In this document: in pieces, positions 24,425 to 34,526 of the stretch
Layout: each line of letters opens with the position of its first letter
How positions within the stretch are numbered: the stretch's first letter is position 1
Assembly (NCBI RefSeq): GCF_004010195.1
Contig: NC_057719.1
Location: 57,763,023-57,827,022 of the forward strand
Direction of reading: 5' to 3'
Origin: Chiloscyllium plagiosum
Lineage: Eukaryota
DNA: 64,000 nucleotides
Notes under the pieces: generated by a model
What the model saw: only the letters and a program-made list of their open reading frames with translations
Told to the model about the DNA's origin: nothing
The model's database searches: none
Translations under genes and position numbers: made by a program

Positions 24425-25057
24425 AACCAGCATTTGGAGAAGTAAACCAGTTAGGAGGTGTATTTGTCAATGGCAGACCACTGCCTAATGCCATTAGACT
24501 GCGGATAGTCGAACTGGCCCAACTGGGGATTCGACCCTGCGATATCAGTAGACAGCTTAGAGTTTCACACGGTTGTGTCAGTAAAATTCTGGCTCGGTAC
24601 AACGAGACCGGTTCCATATTGCCCGGTGCGATCGGAGGCAGCAAACCCAGGGTGACGACCCCCACAGTGGTCAAACACATCCGAGCGTACAAACAGAGGG
24701 ACCCAGGGATTTTTGCGTGGGAGATCCGAGACAGACTCTTGGCTGATGGAGTCTGCGATAAATACAACGTCCCTTCGGTGAGCTCCATCAGCAGAATCCT
24801 ACGCAACAAGATCGGAAACTTGTCGCAGCAGAACAATTACGAATCGAGTAAAACTCCAGCGCATCCATCTCCGCAGCCGGCTCTCCAGTACAATGCAATT
24901 TATTCGTATTCGAGTCCCATCACAACAGCCGGAGCTAAAATGCCAACGTCGCCCGGTGTGCCCGCAATCCCAGGACACGTGGGAATTCACAGGACCTGGC
25001 CTTCATCACACTCTGTCTCTGACATCCTGGGGATTAGGGCAATCATCGAGCAGCAAG
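24425..25057 (+). CDS. pax9: Pax9 coding exon 2: paired domain and octapeptide
   Basis: Acceptor ccag|AA at 24424/5 after a pyrimidine tract; donor CAAG|gtaagc at 25057/8. It encodes [87 protein letters not shown]...SRILRNKIG (Pax9-type paired domain) and [15 protein letters not shown] (octapeptide). Confidence 0.98.
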
Positions 25058-26869
25058 GTAAGCGGCAGCAATCCAGTTACCAGTCGTCCAGTGCCAAGGG
25101 CCAAGATAAAAGAATTACAACATAAATGTGTTTGTTGGTACCTTATCGTTAAAATCCCCATGAATAATACTGAAATTTACTCTTGTTTAGTGAAAATCTA
25201 GCTTTCACTGGTTCATATTTTAGACAACCGTACGTTTTCTGTATTAACCCCACTCAGCCACCTTTTCCTCCCAAATAATTTGAGTCTCAGCACGAATTTG
25301 TAAATTTCAAGTCACCTTGTTCATTGTAACAGTTCATTAATTTCAACTCAGTAGCTGTTAAAGTGACAGCTATCAAACCCAAGGCTTCACATTTAATTTC
25401 AGCAGTTTCAGAAGTGCGCATTTTACCCAGATGCATTTAAATGTTTTCGTAAGATGAGACAAAGATTTGAAAGCTCCACTCTACCCATTTACAGTCATTA
25501 AACACACGTTAATTTCTAACGCATTCACTTTTCACAATCTAGTTAACAAAGCAAAGCCAGGCCGCTTCCCACAAGGAAATGTCCACTCCTGTTGTCAAAC
25601 GACATAATTATTTCCTCTCTCATGCATCGGCTGATTATAATGGTCTCCTACTTATACCTTACGTTTATGGTAGTTGGTCACCGATTTAGTTTACGTTTTT
25701 CGCGAAGATCTCTGCAATAGAGTTTCTCCAGGCACGCTGTTCCAGATTGATTGCGCAGTTAGTTAATAAATCAATTTTAAAATATTATTTTGGATTATTT
25801 TGCTGTTTCTGTGACACACACAAGCATTTTTTCGGATCAGTTCATTGGAGTCCCCTCTCTGTTGCACCTCCTAAATCACAGTATCATTTCCACATTTCCA
25901 TGAAACATGTAACAAATCACTTGTTGGAAAGTTGCATCAAACAATGACATGGGTATCCGGGAATCGCCCAGGGGCTTATTTAAAACAGATTGAGCAGTCG
26001 TGTCGTTTTAACCCTACAATGTAAAGAGATGACAACTGCTTACATTTACGATAGTGCTACCTGGAAAAATTATTATCGGCTTTAACTGCCAACATCACTT
26101 TTCCTTTTTGAAACCATCACAATAACACATCTTGTTCTGGGACTAAGAGGAAATATATAATTAAAGCTCCAATTGCATTTCCTACATAATATATAGCTCT
26201 AGGCTACAACCAAATACATGAACATAAATTGCATTTAAAATGAATCCTGTATTTATGATTTTGGGGAAATCAAGTGAGGTTTCGGTAAAAGAATTTAATG
26301 GCTTACTATCACGGCAAGAGCCATGAACAGAGACCTGATACAAGATCTATGTAAACGATACCAGCAATTCTCAATATTTATCGAAATACTGAACGCTCGT
26401 GTATAGCCATAGATTTGAAAACTACCTATTTACAATAATTGACGATCAAATAAAGTATGTAAATATTTGTACAATATACCTTCCAAGAACGCAGGTTATA
26501 AGCATGTTTCAAAAATAACGTTTCGAAATGCACTGTTGGGAAGCTAACGTGCATCTGAAATAATATTCAAACTCTAATTGCGAAACAATTTGTGGAAACG
26601 TATGATATTTAACTGTTGCGTCTCTGATTTATTAACTTATACTATATTGGATAATGATCCAGACTGCTAAAAAGTGCAGACCGGACTCAACCAAATCCGC
26701 TAAGTTTAGCAGTAAATAAGCGGAATGGTACCCCAGTAAACTTCATCTGGCCGCCTGCACCAAATTAAAACAAAATGCCGGAATCATAAGGGCGGAAAAG
26801 AGACACAAATATGATGGCTGCTACAAGGCTATGATTCAAGTCATGTCATATAAATATTTTTATTGTTAG

Positions 26870-27018
26870 GTGCTATTCCCATTAGTGACAGTTCTTCCTA
26901 TCCTACTAAAGTGGAGGAGTGGAACAGTATAAACAGGAGCCACTTCCAGTCCTCAAACCAGGCTGCAGTGAATGGACTGGACAAGTCCCCATTGGAGCAG
27001 GAAGTCAAGTACACTCAG
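26870..27018 (+). CDS. pax9: Pax9 coding exon 3
   Basis: ttgttag|GT is the only nearby acceptor in frame with the phase-1 donor; donor CAG|gtaatt at 27018/9. It encodes (G)AIPISDSSSYPTKVEEWNSINRSHFQSSNQAAVNGLDKSPLEQEVKYTQ, homologous to Pax9 SDSSPYHSPKVEEW...VNGLEK..LEQEAKYGQ. Confidence 0.9.
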
Positions 27019-27995
27019 GTAATTGTTGCTTGCCTTTCCTCTCAACTAGACAGATTACAGCGTTTACAGAACTCAGAACAACAAAAATAAATACTTTTGA
27101 GCAATTATATCCTCAGTGTAATTAGTGCTTTAAATTCCAATGACTTGTACATAATAGGAACATTCTAATTAGTTTGTAAAAATCATGTAATATGTAGTAA
27201 ACGTTTTTAATCAGAAAGAGGGAAATATAAGAACAAGATTTAGTTGATGTTTTAAATGGCATTAGATACGTCGCTGATAAATCGAAATAGTAATTAAGCC
27301 TGGCACAAATGGAAGTGCCAAATCGCAGAACGAGAACGAAAACTTGTGATACACACCTTCAAGGGGGCGGGGAGAATCCGAGTTACCACTGTACATAATC
27401 GATAATTTGATTGCTATACGTAAAATCATGTATTTCCATGATACTAGCGACCGTAACAAAGTAAATCCGCAATGAACTCTCTAAATATGAATTTACAATT
27501 TACACTAATTTACAATTAATATCTAGTCCGGTGGAATGAGTATAAAACTAAAAATGCTTGGGAACGAAGAAGCGCAAATTATACCAAGATTAAACCACAA
27601 GTACAATTTGTTTTCCAAGTAACATTACCACCTTTTCTCAAAATATCTCTCCAGAAAATGTTAGCAAGTCTGCCAATTAATCGTCCAAAACACAACGAAA
27701 ATCGACTGATAAAGTATAGATGTATACACAACTGTTTAAAACGTCTGGGTAGGCGAGGAGGGGTGGAGAAACGTGGTGAAATGTCAAAGAAGCATTAATT
27801 GCTCAAGTATGCACATATATTCATGACTTTTAGTTTTTTATTACAAGTTTTCGCAAAAAATGTGGCACAAAGACTTTTCACTAATTAATAAAACATTATA
27901 GCCCAAATCTTGATTGAGCAATCTCATTCATTTTGCTCTATTGAAATAATTTAAATAATTTAATAAGGTCAATGACTCTCATCCCGGCCCACAAG

Positions 27996-28126
27996 CCTCA
28001 TTCCGAATGAAGGGTTTGTGCCCGAAACGTCGATTCTCCAGTTCCTCGGATGCTGTCTGACCGGCTGTGCTTTTCCAGCAGCACATTCTCGACTCTAATC
28101 TCCAGCATCTGCAGTCCTCACTTTCT
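27996..28126 (+). mobile_element. Short Penelope-terminus element (family A) in Pax9 intron 3
   Basis: Homologous to 7290-7423 (agggtttgtgcccgaaacgtcgattctcc...ctcactttctc); flanked by CCCACAAG at 27988-27995 and 28127-28134. Confidence 0.8.
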
Positions 28127-29335
28127 CCCACAAGAAAATGCCGACAATTTAAAAAATATGTGGATAGAAATAATTCTAACTAAGGCACTGGCACCACCGA
28201 GACGCAACAAAATGTATGATGGAGGAAAGAACCATTAAAACAGCGAACCGCCTCAACATTTTTAAAAAATTAAAATTAAAAGAGGCAAAAAGCTCGCTCC
28301 CCTACTTTCATCAGCTCATTTGATTGTGTCCAGTAGTTTTAGCAATATCTAATGTTAGGCAAGATCATTGACATTTATACATTGAAACTAATTACAATGG
28401 ACACAGCTATTAAAACGAACGACATTATAGGTATTTCGCATGGCGTTTTTCAAATATATGTCGGGGTGAAAACCTATATTTCACATCGCTGCATTCTGGC
28501 AGGTTATGAAAGGTAAAAATGCGCTTTTTAGGTGATCACGCGGCTTGTATTATTCTGCGGTTTTATTGTACTATTGTCAATAGTATTTATGTAACAGCAT
28601 ATATCACACACTTACTCTTACATAAGTGACAGCAAAATTATGCTCGGTTTCGCATTTTTGTTCAACGACACTGCATGAGGAACCATTGTGTGAGAACAGT
28701 TATCACTGTGATGTTCGCCTCGTCTTAAACTGACCCTCATTTAGCCATTATTTTCATTGATATAATTACACGAGTCAACTGTTATGATTCACCAAAAGAC
28801 TCAAACATTAATTACACATAAGCACAGAATCCAACACATTTATGACTTTTAAATCGGGGATCTCGTGACGAACATTTTAAATACTAACATAATTTAATCT
28901 ATTTCCTATTACAATTCCCACATTTTAGCAGTCACTTAATTTTTGAATATTCACATATATTTAACATCCTGAAATGCCATTTTTCATAAGCCAATCGAGA
29001 TTGTGAATTGTACATTGATTTCACTTAAAATATTCCATCCATTTTTGTATTGGTAATGTTACCTAATAGTTCCAGATGACAGTAGATATTTCTGCATTGC
29101 ATGAAGAAATACAGTAATATATAAAATAAATAGGCACTAAGTGCAGACTTGTCATTCATGCAAAATTTTACATCAAAATGGTCTAAGTTATAAACATACT
29201 TTACTTAATATTTCACAAATTAGTCTTGTGATTTTGTTACATACTGCTAACAATAATGAAAGAAAAGAAAATAATTACAATTGGCTATTTTACTCTTCAT
29301 TACAGATAATTTAACTTTGTTTTTAAATCTTCTAG

Positions 29336-29590
29336 GGTCCTAATGGTCTGCCTACAGCTAGCAGCTTTGTGTCTGTTCCAAGTATGGCTCCTTACCCTCC
29401 ACCTACACAAGTATCTCCCTATATGACATATAGTGCAGCTGCCTCCAGTTACATGGCAACCCACGGCTGGCAACATGCAAGTGGCAGCACACTACCAACT
29501 CACAGTTGTGACCTTCCCACACCATTGCCATTCAAAAGTGTTCAAGCAACCAGAGAAGGTAGCCACTCCATTGTAGCCTCTGCATTGTAG
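29336..29590 (+). CDS. pax9: Pax9 coding exon 4 (C-terminus, stop TAG)
   Basis: Acceptor ttctag|GGT, phase 0. It encodes [35 protein letters not shown]...HGWQHA...[12 protein letters not shown], matching the Pax9 C-terminus. The spliced CDS is 4+633+149+255 = 1041 nt = 346 aa + stop. Confidence 0.95.
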   Translation, partial: GPNGLPTASSFVSVPSMAPYPPPTQVSPYMTYSAAASSYMATHGWQHASGSTLPTHSCDLPTPLPFKSVQATREGSHSIVASAL

Positions 29591-29634
29591 TAATTAATTA
29601 CAATACAAAGCAGTTTAGTGCCAGCATAACATTA

Positions 29635-31593
29635 AATAAAGTATTTTGGTACAGACATGCATGTTTTATGGAAATTCAAAAACTTCAATTTTTTTTGTTC
29701 AATGGACTTTGAATCTCCATGAAATACTAGCCCCACCCCTCACTTTATCACTGGAACCCAGACTTTTGTAGGACACAGGTAATAACACAATTGGCATTTA
29801 AAGAATATGAATGCCAGGATGAATGCATAATTATGTTCCAGGCTAGAGATGAAAAATACAAGAGAAACGTCTTAAGTCACTATATGCCTGAGATGATGGT
29901 TGGAATTTTGAAAAGTCAGCGTTTTCATTTGAGTAAGAAAACTCAGTGTTCCATCTGATCTTCTCTTAGACCGCAATTTTAACATTTGATCACAGAACGG
30001 CATCACCTCTAGTTATAAACCAAGTATGGCTTGAAAATCTCAAATTTGTGCATTAGCAGGGAAATGTGGTGGCAAGTGACATGTAAAGGGAAGGTGGCAA
30101 TATTACTGAAAATGTGTGGAAATTGTAATAATAGATTAAGTGTAAAATATCAGAGCACCAGATTTTCAAAATGTCATGCTGTTATGGATACAAATACAAT
30201 TGACTGATTAGTTAAACTTGTCACAAGTACCCCAGGTCATTTACAATTTTATTTTCTTGATTCAAGCTCAGTTTTTAAAAACACTAGCGTATCTAAAACA
30301 CTTTGCATAAATTATGCTGATTATTGGGAAAATATCCAATGTATCTATTATTCATTCAGATTATTTTATGAGAACAATTCAATAAAGTGCTGCATTGTTT
30401 ATGAGATATTTGGAGGGAAACACTGTCAAGGGTTTTGAAGAAAATCCTCATGAACCTTAGCACCATGACTTACAATTCAATTGAAAACTTGAACCCAAGT
30501 GGTTCACTCTGCAAAACTAAAAATGAATATGTATGTTTTATGTAGATAGTACTACCTTCTGTTAATGAAGTAACATTTAAGTAATTGGACCTACAGAATG
30601 AGGCAAAGCATTGTAATTTAATTAATTAGTCAGGCAATAATTGATTGTGGGAAAATTAATTATGGAATAGAGGCATTCTTCTTTGTAAATACAAATAAAA
30701 TGGCAAGATTTATTTTTGTAATATTGTGTAAGACTTTTCTCCCTGACTGTAACTGTTGGGTTTCTGGAAAACACATTATCGATGGCAAAATGCCCAGACA
30801 CTTGAAAAACTGGACTATTTTATTACTTTATGTACTTACAGTAGAAGGTTCGCATGTTTTATGAAGGACATTTTCTTTCTTCAGCAGAGGATACAAAGTC
30901 AACCAGCCCTCCAAGTAAATCTACAGGATCCTATGCAGGCTCACAGGGTCAAATACAGCTAGGGTATAAAGTTAGTTATTTGAAGACCTGAACAAAATCT
31001 TTAAGAAGTTGATCAGAAAGTTCAAGCTTCATGTGAAAGCTTTAAATGGACTCAAATCATGGACTTGTAGCATAACCACTGTGAAAAGCAACTTCTGCTC
31101 TAGCTGATGCTACAGCATTGACCCTACAATTCAGGTGAAAATGTTAACATATTTTCCTGATAACTTCAAAAATGTTTCTGTTTGAAATGAATGTACATCA
31201 GCTTGCTGTGAAGTTTACATCCATGTAAATAATCATTTTTATTTGTGAGGACAATGGTAGTGGTAAAAAGAATGCCTATAAAATGTATTTAATTATAATT
31301 ATCACTTAATCTAGAAAAGTCAGTAAATTAGGTCATAACTGCTAATTGTGCAGCAAAAAAAATCTGCAATCCTCATAAAGCATAAATAATCTGTCATCAA
31401 TTTATGTTGAAACTTTAACTTTTTTAAAGTATGCTAATTATCAAGTTTCTGTAAAGAAATAGGTTCAGCTATTTTCTCAGTCTCATCAAAACCTTCTATA
31501 AAACCTGTTCCGGAATAAAGTTCAAGATGGATGTAAAAAAAAAATTTAAAGGGTGTAAATCATTAGGCTTTACCTGTATATATGTGTAATAAA
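29635..31593 (+). terminator. Candidate Pax9 polyadenylation signals (AATAAA)
   Basis: AATAAA at 29635, 30381, 30694, 31514 and 31588 downstream of the stop; which one is used is unknown. Confidence 0.4.
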
Positions 31594-31698
31594 GCCTTTT
31601 ATTTTTATATCATATCTAAATTAAAAATTGTGAATTACAAAGTATTTGTTTTATTTAGATGTAAAAATTGTACTTTTCAGTTAATCATGTTCGATTAA

Positions 31699-31801
31699 TT
31701 TATTGACATGATAAAATACTTTACAATGATATAATTTTGTTTGCTTTGAATGCAGATTCTGATAAATGTCCGCTAAAAATGCATGTTTATTAAAATTTAT
31801 T
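31699..31801 (-). terminator. Candidate Slc25a21 polyadenylation signals
   Basis: TTTATT on + (AATAAA on -) at 31796, 31786 and 31699, 70-170 nt past the stop codon. Confidence 0.4.
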
Positions 31802-31867
31802 TAGGGCTGTAACATGAGGTTTCATAAGAAAATACAAATGTTTCAGCAATATTTTGTTCTGTTTGAA

Positions 31868-31929
31868 TCAGAAGTTTTCCTGAAGCCAAGCAAATGAATA
31901 TTCATAAACCAAGAGCATAACTGCACCTC
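31868..31929 (-). CDS. slc25a21: Slc25a21 last coding exon (62 nt incl. TGA; exon 10)
   Basis: atcttcag|GA GGT GCA...TTC TGA; encodes GGAVMLLVYEYSFAWLQENF* (human GGAVMLLVYEYTYSWLQENW). Confidence 0.95.
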
Positions 31930-32076
31930 CTGAAGATAGAGAGGGATGAAAAAGAAAAAAAAAAGATTAATTTAAATTAGTAAAGGATTTTAAAAGTGCA
32001 ACAGTACAAGCAGGCATAGATCTTTATTGCTAACATTTCTGATTAGATCACATATAAATAATATGTTTGGGATTAC

Positions 32077-32129
32077 CTGGTCCTAGGCGCATGATCTTAG
32101 GTACCAAGCCTTTATACAATGCAAAGAAT
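32077..32129 (-). CDS. slc25a21: Slc25a21 coding exon (53 nt; exon 9)
   Basis: caatag|A...G|gtaatc; encodes FFALYKGLVPKIMRLGP; phases match both neighbouring exons. Confidence 0.93.
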
Positions 32130-33029
32130 CTATTGAATGGAAAATGCAAAGTTTTGTTAATCTAGCGAACAAAATACTCTAATGATCAGTGAGAAATTAT
32201 GTTAAATGTGTGAATATATTCTTCAGCTAATACTTTTCCCATTTTGAATGATAAAGTGTATTTCCACTTTGCATTTAGTTCTGCTTTTAACATGATCTGT
32301 AAAACGAGTGGATTCTCTAAATAAGTAAATGATAGTGTAACTGAAAGCATGATGTTGAAAGATATGATTTAACATATTTTTTCAAATTTACTTTTACATA
32401 ATTCCTATTCAATTTTACATTCAATAGCTGAACTATGTACCATGACAGGATTTTCACACATTAAATATATTTCTGGAAAATGTGAGTAATTTGATCGGAA
32501 ATAATTGCATTTATTCCAGTGATTTAATGTGATTTTCATAAGTTCATTTATTTTCTTCAGCCAAGGAGCAATTAAATTACATAGATGTAGTGGAGCGCAT
32601 CACACTGGAAGTGCAAGGATGTGAATCCTAGGAATTCTCACCAGTGTTTCCAAAGAGTTCTTGGGGATAAGGGAAGATCCTTAATTTACATGCTATAGAT
32701 AAGCACCGACACCTCTTATGATAGATCTTATGCACATGTTTACCAAGCAGGCCGGAAAATTTAATTTAACAGCATCCCCTCACTAGGTGGAGGAAGAGTC
32801 TCATGTCCCCATTCTGAATTAATAATTTTTCACTTCTTCACTAATTTGTAGGTGAGCATCTTTTATAGTTAAAAAAGCTGAATGAAGGCCAAGTTTCTGG
32901 TGGATTTCTGCCAAAGTTATGGAAGAGATTTTCTAGACCATTCTTTTTACTAGCTTGCAATTGCATGAAAACTTACTAAGAGTGACAATGCCAACATTAT
33001 TCAACCTTCAAACTAAAAGGAATTCTTAC

Positions 33030-33211
33030 CCTTCTTCCCTATAGATAGTACTGATGGTATTAATACAGGTTTTGTATTTTATCACTCCTGGTTTAGGCTG
33101 TGGTCCTTGGATTCTGCTTTTTGCAACATCGAAAGGTATATTAACACAAGAAGCAAACGTTCCAGACAAGAATCCAATTCCAAGTTTCCTCAAGAACTCC
33201 ATTGCTGGGTC
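33030..33211 (-). CDS. slc25a21: Slc25a21 coding exon (182 nt; exon 8)
   Basis: ttttag|GAC...GG|gtaag; encodes DPAMEFLRKLGIGFLSGTFASCVNIPFDVAKSRIQGPQPKPGVIKYKTCINTISTIYREEG, with the third carrier motif PFDVAKSR. Confidence 0.95.
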
Positions 33212-34361
33212 CTAAAAGAAAACATAAACATAAGATTGTTTAAGGGGAAAGAAAAGAATTACAATTAATCAAAAATCTACATGGCACTCTGTTTTGTTAT
33301 TCTACCTAAACACATTAAGATTTCCCATACTCAAGCTGACTTTTTTGACAATCATATTGCCTGTGTTTTTACACATGTTCTAAATTGCTGAAACACACAT
33401 TTCCTCACACAGGATTTATAAACAAAGTTTCTAAAAAAGACTGGCTAGGCATATGGGGATGATTTGTATAATTAGGCCTTACAATATACTTAGTATTACT
33501 GTATCAAAACATAAGAAATCCAAGCAACTATATTAGCTAATTGACCAGAATACCTTACAAATGACAGCAACTTCCACCATGAAATCTACCAAAATACTGA
33601 TTTGTATATGAGATCTCCATATGTTAAAAAAAAATTTGATGCAGTGTCCTGTGTTTTTGTTCTCTTTCCTGCATGCTTTTCTCTTCAGATTTGCTTTCAT
33701 GTTTAAGTTATCCAAGTCTATCAAGAAGTAGAAGTTTCCTGTTATTAACAATCCACATTAGTTCAATTATAGCAGTGACTGAAGTCTCTTGTATTTTTGA
33801 AAACCAGCAGCAACTAATTTAATTGACCTAAAGGATTTTTACAGTACATTGCTACTCCAAAATACTGCTAGTTTAAGATTTTTGCTGTATGCAGTGTTAT
33901 ATTTGCACTCTTGTCGGCATTTCATTGTTGCCTTATGTTGATATAATACAATTACCACTTTATTATGGTTAGTGTTAGCTATTATTTATATAGGCCTGTC
34001 ATTTACTACATTTTTATGGACAATTAAATGTAATGGTGTGTAATAATTTACACTTGCAAATAGTCACATTTCAGTGTAATGTCAGTAATGGCAACTTCTT
34101 GGAAGATTAGAATATGAAATGATTGATGCAGAAAAGCTATGACAGATAGACAAATAATACTTCTTCCTGAAGGCTAGTGTAATTGGGACAATGTAACAGA
34201 TGTATTGCCTTAGTTTGAATAAAATATTTGCATGTGGAAGTGAGCTGGACTAGAGTGAAAAGAACATGAAAATATATTGCTCATTTCTATGCTAACAATA
34301 ATGAGTTTCTGATTTTTCTTTCAACACTGATATTGATTAGGGATTTGGATCAAATAATTAC

Positions 34362-34526
34362 CTTATTTACAGGAATAATACTTTTCACATTGAAGTAAAA
34401 TCCAAAATAGATCATGTTAAAAACACCATGACGACCCAATGTTGCTGTCAGTCCCTTGTTCAGGCCCCTGAGTCCAAAACCCTGAGATCGAATTATTTCA
34501 CGTGCATAAGCAAATGTGGATGGTTG
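34362..34526 (-). CDS. slc25a21: Slc25a21 coding exon (165 nt; exon 7)
   Basis: atacag|CAA...AAG|gtaatt; encodes QPSTFAYAREIIRSQGFGLRGLNKGLTATLGRHGVFNMIYFGFYFNVKSIIPVNK. Confidence 0.95.

Noticed and set aside
24411..24836. 141-aa ORF antisense to the paired box
   Set aside because: Shadow ORF typical of the reverse strand of conserved coding sequence; no independent evidence.
24425..25057. Assignment to Pax1 instead of Pax9
   Set aside because: [10 protein letters not shown] start, [11 protein letters not shown], the C-terminus ..GSHS..ASAL and linkage to Slc25a21 all indicate Pax9.
24406..25125. Single-exon 239-aa Pax9 as given by the ORF track
   Set aside because: It starts at a TTG inside the intron pyrimidine tract and runs past a strong GT donor; the spliced 4-exon model reproduces the known protein.
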